A stretch of DNA of 64,000 nt. Source: Felis catus. Lineage: Eukaryota. A program made the position numbers and the translations under genes. This document shows, piece after piece, positions 36,948 to 50,300 of this stretch (positions are counted from its first letter, which is position 1; each line of letters starts with the position of its first letter). The stretch is from NCBI RefSeq assembly GCF_018350175.1, contig NC_058368.1:201502001-201566000 (forward strand). Direction: 5' to 3'. The notes below the pieces were generated by a model that ran no database searches, was not told the DNA's origin, and saw only the letters and a program-made list of their open reading frames with translations.

Positions 36948-39900
36948 AATAACATACTTTTGAACGAGTAGGTACAAATATTGCCATCATAACAAATATA
37001 AAGGTAAATATTCTCCTCTGCACTGGTAATAGCACAGAGACATGGTTCGTGATCTAACCCCCATAATTCAGAATCCTCCTTAAAAATTAGTTCGTGTGTT
37101 AGTTAAGTGGGGTTAAAAAGAAACTTTCAATATCAAAGATGCCAAAATCACAATAACTTTATCTTCTTCCTCTTTGTCTCTTATCATCACCATCATCATT
37201 ATCCTCTTACTTTTGTTTGTTTTTCATGACAGGTTGTAAAGAATACACTGTTATTTGGGCTATATTCACACTTTCGGTTCTACCTATTTTACAAACCGAT
37301 CTGTTACAATTCGGTTAAAATAGGAAAAGCACATGCGTTCTGAGAACCAGTTAGGAGCATATATAATATTTTAGATATTATAAATTTGTAAATCTGTTGC
37401 ATGATAAAATTATTTTGTCTAAGTATATTTCTTAATTATTTTAATGCTGAGAGTGGAGAGTGTAAGCTTCTAATAGAATGTTCTATAAAACTACAAGAAT
37501 ATTTTATAAAAATCACCACTTCCAATCCCTCTCAAGTAGCCCTCAATTATTATAAGAGAACATACAGTGATCTTCCATTGAACATGAAGTAATTCTAGTA
37601 AGGATATGGGAGGAAGTAGCAAAAATTTCTTTATTGGTCATACTTTGACTCAACTGTCTTTATAAAAGTAATCTAACTATTATACTTAATGTTTTATCCA
37701 TTGTTCCCTGATGTGTGTTCTAACTTAAAGATACTGACTTTCCATGAAATGTTTTCTATAATTCACCTCAAAGCCCTTTTAGATAAAGGTATGTAACTAA
37801 ATCACATATAAATTATCTCTATAGCATCTGAAATATGTTCCAAGACAAATCTAGGAATTTTGGAAGTCTTTGAAAATAACTGCATACCTGATTTGGTAGC
37901 AGATATTTCCACAACAAATGTGAAGAAAAATACATTTGTTTTCACATATAAAACTGTCTGCTGAATATATACATGCAGTCCATTAGTAAATATAAGAAAT
38001 TACTATGGTGAGCTCTGATTTGCTTGATTAAGATACAAATTCATTATTCCCTTCAGCATTCATATTCTAATAACATACATGTTAGCTATTTGGTGTTGTC
38101 ATTAGTATATTTTGATATTGCCACAGACTGTCAGGAAAAAATAAATAAGTTTTTGCTGAGGATGATACAATCGAACAACCGTATGTGCTGAGAGTGATGC
38201 ATCTAAGAAGTCCTTGAAGCAAGTTGGACAAGAGTGCCAATGGCTCATGAGGATATTTTCCTTTCTCTTGTCAGCACATTTTGTTTATTTTCAGAACAGA
38301 TGTTTTATTACCATGGGAGGGGGTGGTCTTGTTGCAACCCCGTCATAGACAAACAAATCAAGGGTGTTACACTGTCAATTCCTGGAAAAAAAGTGATTCT
38401 TTTTTCCCTAAAAGACCTTCTGGCAACCTAATAGAAAATGTTTAACCAAAGCCTTTATACTTCCTACTAAGTACCCTGCTTGGAGGCAGGCAGAGGGTGT
38501 CACCTCACAGGAAGTGCTACTGTTACATTTGATTGTTTCTCTACCTTTGTCTATGGGATGGTTCTGGAAGTGCACTGTCACATACCGCCATATGTAGAGC
38601 ATATCATATGCCATCAAAACAACTGTTGGTACTGATCGATGAGAGACAGATAGTTGGGGTGCTGAGGCCTTTTTGTCTGTTTTTCAGTTTGGACTGGCCA
38701 GCATTTTATTATATAAGCAGAATGCTCCATTAGGCAGATTTGCTCCCATTTTCCCAAGCCCACCTCCCCACACCCTACATCCTGTTCCCCCACCCCACCC
38801 TCTGTGCCAGGAGACTTTTGACTATATTTCTGTAAGAAATCATTTGGGTTTGGCCTCTCTCACGGCCAAACACTCTCACTTCTGGGAACCTCCGCAAATA
38901 GCTAATTTTATTAAAAACACATTAGGACAAAATATATGAAAAGTTAAGGAAGTCACTGATGGGTGCTTTTACGATGTTCGGTTGATAAGTTTGACCTACC
39001 AACTGACAAAATGAAAGCCATCTCTGCAACTCCTATTCTCCCCCATAACTACACTTCCCCCCCCTCCCTTCCCCCCCCCCCCCGAGTGAATACAAGAAGC
39101 AGTCTGGTTTAGAATGCATAGTTTTATTTTATTTTAGCTTAATAATGAGAAAGACTTTGATTGAGAGATATTTTGTTTTTTTTTTATTTTTTTAGCTGTT
39201 GATTTGTTTTTTGGTTTAGTGTAGATTTTTTTGTTTTGATTTGGGGTTTGTGAAGCTTTTTGGGTTTTATTTTGTTTTTGTTTTTTTGTTTTTACTTCAG
39301 CCACTGAGCTGCCTGCACGGTAAACAATCTTAGTGCAGAGACTGAAAAAAAAATACAATAAAGCTTCGAGAGTGGAAATTGCCCAAATGCCTCACGAGAG
39401 GTTCAGGCTGGTAATGACAAGAAGACACAAACCAATTGTTTATTTTTTCCTGCCTCCAGCAATATTTTTAGCTTACCACATATCTTTTTCATATGGATGT
39501 GATTTTTTCCCCCGATGAAAAATATATGCTAAGAAGGAGAATGTCTGCAATTAACTAAAATAAAAGAGCAAACTACAGCATGTGCTCTACGGTGCAATAA
39601 AGGCAAAGGGCTCTTTGTGAAGAGACATCGCTCCAGGAAAATTCCTTTCTCTAACTGTGATGCATTTGCTTCTATTCTGCATCGTGAACCTCCTGAAAAT
39701 AGAAACTTTATGTTTAATTGATTTATTTGTAATGAATCTGGCTCGGGGTAAAGACTCTTTGAAGCTGATTGATTACTGCAACAAGCTTAAGATTTCATAC
39801 CACAACAAACCTTTTTGTACTAATAAACAGTGGGACAATAAAGCTCTGGGGCATGGTGTTTCCCTTCACATTAAAGTGAGGATTTGCAACTTAAGTATGT

Positions 39901-42539
39901 GAGGGACATAGTTTATGTGCTCCCAAGAAGCAGACATAATGAACTATTTCTTTTAATGGCAGATTATCCCTGTTTCTATTTCCTGGAGTGAAGACCTCGC
40001 AAATTGATGTATCTGTCCTCTGAGGTTTTCAGAGAGGCATTATGGCATTTTAAAATATTAATATGAGAGTACATTTAGCTGAAAGTAGCTAGTCTAGGAG
40101 TCTCATGTGGCTGCAATGCAGGTCACCAGAGACCTCCTGTCTCTCAAGGCAAATGATTTACTCTAAGTGTATCATTAAGATACACTTTTTGGGAATTTAT
40201 GATGGTGCTTTTTCACCAAGTTATACCTTTTCCATAAAAATTTAAGTATTTTATGCTATTTTCCCTCACTCTTATTCCTTAAAAACCTGGTCAGTGTCAC
40301 AGGCAAATTGTAAGTGCCACCTCTTTCAGTGCCACCGTGGGTTTGGGCTGAACACTGATTAACTAGGACTGGATGTCACATCTTGTTACAACTTTGCAGA
40401 GCAGAAGACTCTCCTAAGAGATTTGAAAAGAACGGCAATTATTCCTCCAATGGGGAAAGAGGGGAGGGGGTGGAGATAAATCCAGATTCAATGCATGAAT
40501 TGGACAATAAACACAGAAAAATAATAAGCCGATATATAAATGCCAAAGAAACCACTCAGGGAACTGCCTGTAACTATTAATTTTTTAAATAATTACCAGA
40601 TACTTTTAAAGTTTCCTTTTAAATAACAGGTGACTTGGTTTAACCCCCGGCTTTTCAGATTTTAAGAAATCAGTAGATAGCTAGGCATATCTGATGTAGA
40701 AAGAGAAAGTAACTCAACCTCAGGTTCTCCTGTGTTGTTTCTTATCATCCCCAATGATCATTACCTATTAAGGCCTGGCAACCTGACTTGCTAACAAAAA
40801 TAACCTTTCTCCTCTGCCGTGAGACAGGTTGAGGCTGTAGCCTATAACTTAGTTATTTGTTAAGTAAGTTTTTGGTCATCTAAAAGGTGGAAGCAAATGT
40901 GATGCCCTTTATTGTGTGTGCCTGTGAGAGGCTGCCCACAAATAGACTTCAATTATTGCCCTCAATTTGCCTCTGATGTGACTTTGACACAAAAACACCC
41001 CAGATTTCTCATACCATTCCCCTACACGTTGTGATATTCTCATGGCAGGCTAGAACAGAAGCTTCTGTAGTGCATTTGTCTTTATGTGATTGTGGAGGTT
41101 AGTTTTAAAACTTCTGTCTCTAAAGATATGATTTGATTTAAAGACTAGACCCAAAAAGGAAAATCGTTTAAAATAGTAATGAAGACTCCAACTTACAAAG
41201 TCATGATTTTTTTTTTCCTGACCAGAATAAACAATGTAATTAATTTATTTAGTTTGGAAATCCATTGTCCATTGGAATAATGCTAATGTAACATCGCAGC
41301 AGTAAATATTAAACTCCTTAAATGTGACTCTGCAGGATTCCCTGGGAGGAAATGATCCTTTTGCTAATGATAACCATCAACAGCAGAGGAACTAGTAAAA
41401 GCAGCAAAGGATTACTCTTCAAGCAACATTTCTTAAAATAGTCTGCCTGATTCTATCAGCAGTGTCTCTAAATGCTACTTTGAAAAAAGTATTGCCAACT
41501 TTCTGGAGTATGGAAGAATGCACTGTGAAAATGTAGTTTAGCTCACCTGTAAATGGATGCAAGATCACAAGTGTGATAAATAAAGAAGAAAATCATCTTA
41601 GAAAATGACAAAGCCCTATCTGTTCTATCTGCAAACTTAGTGAACCGGTCAACGCTTTCTGTAGAATATACTGTATACATGTGTCATCAAGCAAAAAATA
41701 TATTTTTAAATGATTGAAGGATATAATTACATTCAATGGCCATAACCTTTATTTATACAGAAGTTGCCTTTTTCATATAACATAGGTGTAAGATAAGCTG
41801 TATTTTTTAAATAGGTTGTTAAAGATAAGCTTACTCCGCATAGAATATTCAAAAGAATCACATTTAAATTTTTAATTAAAGCTAATATGACCTTAGGAAA
41901 ACAAAACTTTATATTTTAAAATTTAAAAAGTGGTACCCAATCACTGGCATTGTTTGCCAAGAGCTCTCAACTTCTACTTTGCTAACCAAATTTTATTGCT
42001 TTCTGTCTAGACCAGGTTCACCTAATACTTTATTGATAAAAACATTTTGTATTTATATCTTAATTCTCATCGAGAGACCTTATAAGGCTTTGCAGACATT
42101 ACCTCATTCAGATGTTCACAATGTGTCCATGAGGTAGAGAGGTGACAAGCATTATAAATGTTAATGATGTTAATAATACCAATATTTATATAGTGGCCTT
42201 TTGTAATGAAGTTCAGAGAATTTCTATTATATATGCTTTCCTGCTTCATTCTTCACAGAACCAAAATGATGTTGATTGAAAGCAAGAATTATTGACCCTA
42301 AAGTGGATGTGGTTTTCTTGATGTATGTTACTTTCTAAAAATGGTAGAAAATTAGGAGACACAATGAGCCTGTGGAATTAACAATATCAGGATTTGGTGG
42401 GATTTATTGATATTCATAAATACTTTCATGAATATATTTTTAATCTTTCCACTTCTAATGAGGTTTTAATGACACCTCCTTCTCTGATTTAGGCTGCTTT
42501 CTTGAGTGCCCGTTATTCTCCTAACCCAACACCTTACAT

Positions 42540-42725
42540 TATTGAAGTCAGAAGACTCAGGAGTCAGTACCTACTAGACCATCTTAATTTTTGCCTTGGT
42601 GAAATCACTGAATTTTTCTTAGCCTCAGTTTCCTCACATAAAAATAGGAATATAAAATTTTCCTTAGTTCCTAGCAAGGTTATTTGGAGACCAAAAAAGA
42701 TAACATTGGGGGGAAGTTGTGAAGT
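42540..42725 (+). mobile_element. MIR
   Basis: 'gaagtcagaagactcagg..ccttggtgaaatcactgaa..gcctcagtttcctcacataaaaatagg'. Confidence 0.8.
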
Positions 42726-42740
42726 ATAAAACACCTTTCA

Positions 42741-42960
42741 GGGGCGCCTGAGTGGCTCAGTCGGTTAAGCATCCGACTTCAGCTCAGGTCATGATCTCAC
42801 GGTCCCTGAGTTCGAGCCCTGCGTCTGGCTCTGTGCTGACAGCTCAGAGCCTGGAGCCTGTTTTGGATTCTGTGTCTCCCTCTCTCTCTGACCCTCCCCC
42901 ATTCATGCTCTGTCTCTCTCTGTCTCAAAAATAAATAAACATTAAAAAAAATTTAAAAAA
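42741..42960 (+). mobile_element. CAN-SINE (SINEC, felid type)
   Basis: Full element; TSD core cacctttca on both sides. Confidence 0.95.
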
Positions 42961-43614
42961 CCCACCTTTCAAATGAGTTATGTATATATATGTGATATTA
43001 TCCAGAACAACAACAACAAAAAGTCTTGCTTCTACAGGTAATGAACCTGTAATGGATATCACTTCCATTATTCATGTGATACAGTTGATATGACAAAGGG
43101 AGCTAAATGGTTGAAAATAGGCAATAAATAAGTCATTAAAAATGTTTTTTACATTATGATATAATAGTAATAGCAACCTATTAAAGGACCTCAGTAGAGT
43201 TTTGCAAGAAACAACTGATACCATGCAAAACAAAACAAAACAAAATCTGTATTTTGTATTTGGAGTTTCTACTTTAGTTTTAATTATATTAATTTATTTG
43301 ATTTCTATTTTTCTCAAAATACTATAAAGATTTTCCCCCGATAGAAAATATTTCCATTGGTGTTGTATTTCATAACCAACATTAACTTCATCAAAGTTCA
43401 CTAATGAAAAGAACAAAGTTCAAGAAATTTTTAGAGAATTTGGTTGAGTATTGCTCACTATTTCTCATGATAGAAAATTTTTAAGAGGTCACCAGCAAAA
43501 AAAAAAAAACAATTAAAATTTGTGTTTTTCTTATTGACTTAGACAACTCAGTGAGAAGGTAATATAAATCAAATGTAACTAGAAAAAAGAACCCAAGGAA
43601 AAGTAACTTTCATA

Positions 43615-43735
43615 ATTTACTGTGTTTATATATTCTTAAAAATATAATATATTTATATATATTTATAATATTTATTATATAATAAATATAATAAATATAT
43701 ATATTTACTGTGTTTATATATTCTTAAAAATATAA
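43615..43735. repeat. 33-bp direct duplication flanking an all-A/T palindromic insert
   Basis: atttactgtgtttatatattcttaaaaatataa at 43615-43647 and 43703-43735. Confidence 0.9.
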
Positions 43736-44401
43736 CCAAGTGGCCTGTTTTGAAGCTGGATAAAATGTTCTTTCCCTTATATTCTCTCATGGTTTTCTAT
43801 TAGGATATATGAACAGCTTTAAGTCTCTGATTGTGATACTGCGTTTCATCAGAAGAAGAAACTGTGAAATAAATTCTATAGCATAGTCTACTCTCCTATT
43901 TTCCTTACTTTTATTGTAAATGCAATAAACCTTAAACTTTTGTTTTTTAATAAACTACATCAGATCTCTGGGTGAATGAACCATCTAATATCTTCCCCAC
44001 AGTTTCCTTTTACAAAATAAATATTCTTTAAAGGGTAGTTTCACTTGCGTCTTACGTCATTCAGCTATTTATGGTACTACTCTTTGTAAAATCTAATAAA
44101 GTGTTCAAATATAAACACATATGCTTAAAAGGAACTAGGAAAATAGTTTAAAATGGTAACATTTAAAACAAGTGTAAATTTAATGTTTCCTAATTCACTT
44201 TCAAATACTTAGGTACCAGTGCTTACTTATTATAACATTTTTTGTGTTTCAATGAATAGTTGCTTCATCATTGTAAAAATTATTAAATTGTCTAATTTCT
44301 TCCATTGCTGACATATAAATTATTATAATTAGCATATTCTATGCATTAGAAGCAATAAAGTGGGAAAATCTTAGAATTGAATCACAATGATAAAGTGTTA
44401 C

Positions 44402-44508
44402 GGGGGCACCTGGGTGGCTCAGTCGGTTAAGCGTCTGACTCTTGGCTCAGGTCATGATGTCATGTTGTGAGATCAAGACTCTGTGCTAAGTGTGGAGCTT
44501 GTATGGGA

Positions 44509-44540
<32 letters not shown>

Positions 44541-44602
44541 TCCTGCCCCTCCCTCATTCACACTTTCTCTCTCAAAATAGATAAATAAAAACTTTTTAAA
44601 AG
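44402..44602 (+). mobile_element. CAN-SINE
   Basis: Perfect TSD atgataaagtgttac at 44387-44401 and 44603-44617. Confidence 0.95.
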
Positions 44603-46249
44603 ATGATAAAGTGTTACAATTGCAAAAAGGAAAATTTCTGATTTTGACATTCATTTTAGCCTAAGTTTTTCAATAATACTACTTGTGGAAAAGTAAGCCA
44701 TAAATAGAATTCCAGTATCCTTTATGATCATGTACCTATTAAACCAAACTTTGCCTGCACAACCCCTACTGGGGGATTTAGAAATTGCTTTGTTTACATT
44801 TGAAACTTGAATCTATTGCCTGTTGGAATCTATCATGATTCATATCCCTTTTACAGAGCCACCTAAAAGTAAAACAAAAGAAGCAATTATAATCATTATT
44901 GGTAAATGGGTTCTCATGAATTATACCTGAACTTCTTGGAATTAAATTGTTAAACAAGAATGATTTAAGATAATTTCCAATCAAATGAGACAAATGGTGA
45001 GTTCATTCTTACCAGTCTGCCACATCTAATAGCAACTTTGGGTGCAAATCAGAGAAGGCACATTTCAGTCATTTTTCTCATACTGGACAGAAAGCTCAGG
45101 TGAAAAAAAAAAAAGGTTAGTAGTTTCTGTTTATTTCTGAGCCAGTTAAATTAATGTTACCCAAAAGAGAATCTGGCCATGACAATCTGTCATCTTAGTT
45201 CTAAAAAGAACACCAAAGACAAATGTGCAAGGGGACAAAAATACCTTCTTCATTCATAAGACACGGATGGGGGTGGGGCAAAGCATCCCCAGATCAAAGT
45301 GGAGTTAACATCTAGAGCTTATTAATAAATCTTATAATTCTGTATAGAGAAATATTTCTTCACAAGGATTGCAGACACTAATTCAAGAATCATTACTTGA
45401 TAGATAAAGACCAAGTGGCCAGAGAATAAATATAGAAGAAAGAGTGACAATACCTAAGTAATGTATTCATCAGATACTCTTAAATGCCATAGGAAAAATA
45501 AATCTTGCATTACTAATTCTCAAATATCTACCCGTAGGCAAGTTGACTTGAAAACAGCATAACTGGGTCACTTTTTACTATTTATTTTAACAAATGGATA
45601 GGATTGCATTAGCATAGGGAAAAGTATAAATATTGATTTGAGAACCTAAAGCATACAATAAAATAGCAACCTTTCTAACCCTTTTAAAGAAATCCAGTCA
45701 TAAATAAAGTTCATCTCCACTATTTTTTTTTCAGGAAAACAATTGATACATAATTCATCCATAAAATATCTTCGTTATTCTCTTTCCTGATCACCACCCG
45801 CATGTCCTGGTCATCATAGCATTACAGCATATAGATTACATTTGTCCACTGTCCTAAAAGGGTGTGCTGTACCATATACAGCAGCCCTTTTTTATTTATG
45901 GCACAATCTATAAGGGCAACTTTTAATAGTTCCACATGAGCTGAGTGCTAAAAGACAGAGATGACAAATGTTAGTATTATTCTAACCATGATAAAAACAA
46001 AATCAATAATTGTGCTTTTGAAATCAGGAAAAATAACATTGAACTATTTCAGGTCATGTCTTGTTCATTTATCTCCTATATTCCTATGCAAAAAAAATCA
46101 AGCCGAGAATATTAATGTTCTACAACTATAAATAATTACCAAATATTTTAATGAAGTGATCTCTATTTAAGTGAGTCAAATACATTACACTATTTGCCAT
46201 GGCAACACTGCGAACATATATGTGTGTTAAAGTGCCCTCAGCACTTTCT

Positions 46250-46572
46250 TTGAGGGCCTACTGTGCACCAAATATTAACCAAGGTTCAGAAGGCTTAAGA
46301 TGAATAAGATATGATCGCTGCTTTCTAGAAGTTTACTGGAGATGTTACTTACTCTCATTGCTGGAGATAATGCTCAAATATTTACACTCATACTTTGGGT
46401 TGGGTAACCTTGTTGTCCTCCTTGACTCATCTTGGTCTTTTACAAGTCCCATCCCTTTAATCCCCAAATCCCGTTAGCTCTGTCTTCACAATGTGTTCAG
46501 TCACTTCTTGCATCTTACTTTTACTTCTACCATCTTGGCCCAAGCTCCTATCAAGCTTTACTTGGATTATTC
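46250..46572. mobile_element. L2 fragments
   Basis: Antisense 'gagggcctactgtgcacca..aagatgaataagatatgatcgctgctttctagaag', then sense 'gtcctccttgactc..ccaaatcccgttagctctgtcttcac..cttggattatt'. Confidence 0.6.
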
Positions 46573-48250
46573 ATAGTCTCTGTCTTACGTGAGGACACAT
46601 CTAACACCAGATTATAGGCCCCCAGATGCAGGGCCACTTGAAATGCAGCCTGGACCTGAAACAGAACTCTTTGCTTTTCTGGTTTCAAACTTGGCAGCTT
46701 TTGCTTTCAGCCAAGAAATACCTGGGAACAATATTCCCAAGAATAGAATATGCTGTCCCACGAACCTGCAGAGGCTAGCCAGGGGTTGTGCTTCCTTCTT
46801 AGAGGTCGGAGGTACAAGATAAACATCCTATGATTTAAAGAGAATGTTCTAGTATGCAGCAGGCCTAAAAACTTTACCGAAGTTTAGAAGGTATATCAGC
46901 ACCCTGGTAGCACATAGGTCTTACTAAGGCTTCCGAAATAACTTGCTACTTTTTATTCATCTTGTCCAATTACCATAGTGTTATCAATATAGTGGAACAA
47001 TATGATGTTCTGTAGAATGTCCAAAGAGCCCAGATCCTGACAGAGAGGAAGAGAGATAACATACCCAAAGGGCAAGACCTTATACTGCTGTCTGCCCCAG
47101 ATGGTTGCAAACTATTTCTTCTCTCTGATAAAACTATCTCCTTCCTGATAGAAATAGAAAGGAACACATATCATGTGCTTGAGGCTGTGTTAATATATTT
47201 TTAAGTAAATTTGATGCAGCAACCACAGGATTTCCAACCAGAACTGGTTAAGTTTGTGGTAGGCCACTGTCATCCACCAGAATCCATCTGGTTTTTGTAA
47301 GAGCCAGCCTGGTACATTTAAAGGAATATATGATAAGAAACACCTCTGCATTCTGATGTACTAATCTCTACTATTCTCCCTGGAATATAATAGTGATTTT
47401 GATTCACTATCTTAGTTTGAAAGAGAGACAGTTTTAGAACCTTCCTCTTGGCCTTCTCCACAATGATAGTTCTCACTTCACAGGCCAGAGAAGTAATAGT
47501 AGGGCCCTGCCAAATATCAAATCCATGTTCATTATATATTTAGGACAACAAAAATGATCTACATGTGTCTATGAAGCCACTAGACCCAGTGTGAGAAAGG
47601 CATTGGCCAGGACTCCACTTAATACCCTGACCCAAATGCCTCCACTCTAACAGGATGATGCTTTGGGTCTCTAGGTATCACTACCAACTCAGACCTAGTA
47701 TCCAGAGTCCTAGAAATACTGAGTATTCTCCCTTTCTCAGTTGCCCAAGTAAATTGGAAAACTACTGGGAAAATCAATAGCATACATACTTGCCAAGATA
47801 TTACAGGATACTTTCTCTTGGAATCATTCTTTTCTTCAAAGTGGTTGTGTTCTAAAAATTATTTCCATTTCAGAAACTGGAAAAAAAGACTGCAACTTTT
47901 CACTGTAGTGACTGCCCTTAGACTCCTAATCAACAATTCTTTATTTCTTTTGATTGTGTAGATTGAGTAATATCCTGTTGGTTACTCATTTATCTTGTCC
48001 CTAGTGATGTTGTATGTAGCTGAGCCCCGTGATGCCACTGCACTCTGGTCACTCATGATAATAATGATTACCTTGATTCTGATGGTTAAGTGCTCCCAGT
48101 GGTCCCCATAATTTGGGGATCCTATCATCTCCCTTGCAAATAAAGAACCCAGTTCTGTAATGGTATCTGCTACTGTCAGCCATAGTCTTTGGAGGAAAGG
48201 CATCATTGAGCTTCTCAAGGATGCTAGTGATCTTCTCAACAGTGCATTCC
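46572..48250 (-). mobile_element. Decayed ERV-L internal region: gag C-terminus, protease and reverse transcriptase
   Basis: Minus-strand translation gives gag-like 'SLASLRSSMMPFLQRLWLTVADTITELGSL..MIGS' (ORF 47982-48239; ERV-L 'APASLKSSV..LTVG..MGIIGS'). Protease motif LDTRSELVVIPRDPKH (47658-47705; ERV-L LDTGSELTLIPGDPK). RT 'QKPDGFWWMTVAYHKLNQ', 'LFHYIDNTMVIG' (YIDD to YIDN at 46980-46991), 'SVKFLG', 'PPTSKKEAQ', 'QVQAA..LHLGAY'. Many frameshifts and stops. Confidence 0.9.
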
Positions 48251-48390
48251 TTCATACCAGCAATTCTGCTTCTAGGAAGTTAACAAAAGATAATTTTATG
48301 CAAAAATTATATGTACAAGAATATTTGTGGTAACACTGTTCATAAAAGGACTATTTTAAAACAAACTAGATGGCAAAATTTAGGGGGAAA
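48250..48390 (+). mobile_element. L1ME-type 3' fragment
   Basis: 'ccagcaattctgcttctagga..atatgtacaagaatattt..cactgttcataa..aaacaaactagatg'. Confidence 0.7.
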
Positions 48391-48398
48391 AAAGGGTG

Positions 48399-48606
48399 GT
48401 GGTGCCTGGGTAGCTCAGTCTTTAAGTGGCCAACTCTTGATTTCATGTCAAGTCATGATCCTATGATTCATGAGATAGAGCACCACATCAGGCTCTGTGT
48501 TGGTGGTGCTGAGCCTGCTTGGGATTCTCTCTCCCCCTCTCTCTCTGGCTCTCCTCTGTTCATACTCTCTCTCTCTCAGAATAAACAAATAAACTTACAA
48601 ATTTTT
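48399..48606 (+). mobile_element. CAN-SINE (older, diverged)
   Basis: 'ggtgcctgggtagctcag..gagcctgcttgggattctctctcc', (CT)n, tail. Confidence 0.92.
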
Positions 48607-48985
48607 AAACAAACTAGAAGCGCTGAGAAATAATATTTTAGTTCAAGAATAAATCTCAAAAATTGAAAAGTAAAAACAACAAATACTAAAAGAAGAAAAA
48701 AAGAAAAAGAAAAAACACAGAATATCCAAGGACTGTGGGACAACTACAGAAGGTGTAACATACCCATAATGAGAATACCAGAAAGAGAGGAAGAAGAAAA
48801 AGTGATAAGAAATATTTGAAGCAGTAAGGAGAATTTCACCAATATTAATGTCAGACACCAAACTATAAATAGAGGAAGTTCAGAGAATACCAAGCAAAAT
48901 AAATGCCAAAAAACTCCATCATGGCATGTCATTTTCAAATTTTGGAAAATAAAAGATAAGGAAAATATTCTGAAAGAGGCAGAGA

Positions 48986-48987
48986 AA

Positions 48988-49026
<39 letters not shown>

Positions 49027-49029
49027 ATA
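48986..49029. repeat. (AAAT)n microsatellite inside L1 ORF1
   Basis: Read directly from the sequence. Confidence 0.95.
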
Positions 49030-49937
49030 TAACTTCTCAAAAACCATGCAAGCCAGATGGGAGTGGAATTAAAATATTTAAAGTGTTGAGGTAAAAATAC
49101 ACCAATCTAGGATGCTGTACCCTGAAAAAATATGCTTCACAAGTAAAGAGGAAATGACGACTTTTTCAGATCAACCAAAATTGAAGGAATGTGTTTAGTA
49201 GACCTACCTTATAATAAATGTTAAAGGAAGTTCTTTAGAAAGAAGAAAAGTAATATAGGTCAGAAACTTGGATCTATATAAAGAAACGGGGGCACAGAGG
49301 AAGAAGTAAAGGTAAAACAAAAGTTTATATTTTCCTTATTCTTAATTGATCACACAGATAATAGTTTGTTTAAAATAATAGCAAAAATGTATATAATTAA
49401 GTATGCTTATGTATACATTATATATACTTATATATGTTTATATATAAGTTAAATGAATAACAGCAATGATAGAAATCACAGAAAGAAGAAATTAGTATTA
49501 TATTGTTGTTATTAGAAGGTGGTCACACTACCCATAAACACTAGCATAGTGTTATTTGAAACTGGACTTGAATTAGTTGTAAATGTATATATACAAATTC
49601 TAGGACAACCACTGACAAGAGTAAAAGGAAAAATATAACTAATATGCTAAGAAAGGAGGGAAAATAGAATCATGTAAAATGCTCAATTAAAACCACAAAC
49701 AGCAGGAAAAAGAGTGGAAGACAAAAACAGGATCAAAAAACAAGAGCAACAAATAGAAAACAGTAATTAACATGATAGATATTATTAACTCAACCATACC
49801 ACTTCACACTTCAAATGTCAATGGTCTAAATTCACCAATTAAGAGACAGAGATGGATGGAATGGGTCAAAAGACATGACTATATATTGTCTACAAGAAAC
49901 TCATTTTAAATATAAAGACACAGATAGATTAAAAGTA

Positions 49938-49988
49938 CAGTTGACCCTTGAACATGGATTTGAACTGTGTGGGTCCACTTCTACAAAG

Positions 49989-50042
<54 letters not shown>

Positions 50043-50300
50043 ATACACATATGTATATGTATATATATGTATATAGATACATATACATATATATATCAGT
50101 GTAGTACTGTAAATGTATTTTCTCTTCCTTATAAGTTATTAATAACATTTTTTCTTTAGCTTACTTTATTATAATAATACAGTATATAATAGATATACCA
50201 AACAAAACATGTGTTAATTGACAGTTTATGTTATTAGTAAAGCTTCAATAGTAGGCTATTAGTACTTAATTTGGGGGGCTGCCAAAAGTTACATGCATAT
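49938..50300 (+). mobile_element. Tigger2a-type (TcMar-Tigger) non-autonomous DNA transposon, right TIR missing
   Basis: TA followed by 'cagttgacccttgaaca..tttgaactgtgtgggtccactt' (left TIR); internal 'gtactgtaaatgtattttctcttcctta..agcttactttatt..tagtaggctattagt..caaaagtta'; contains a (TA)/(TG) microsatellite at 49992-50096. Confidence 0.88.
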
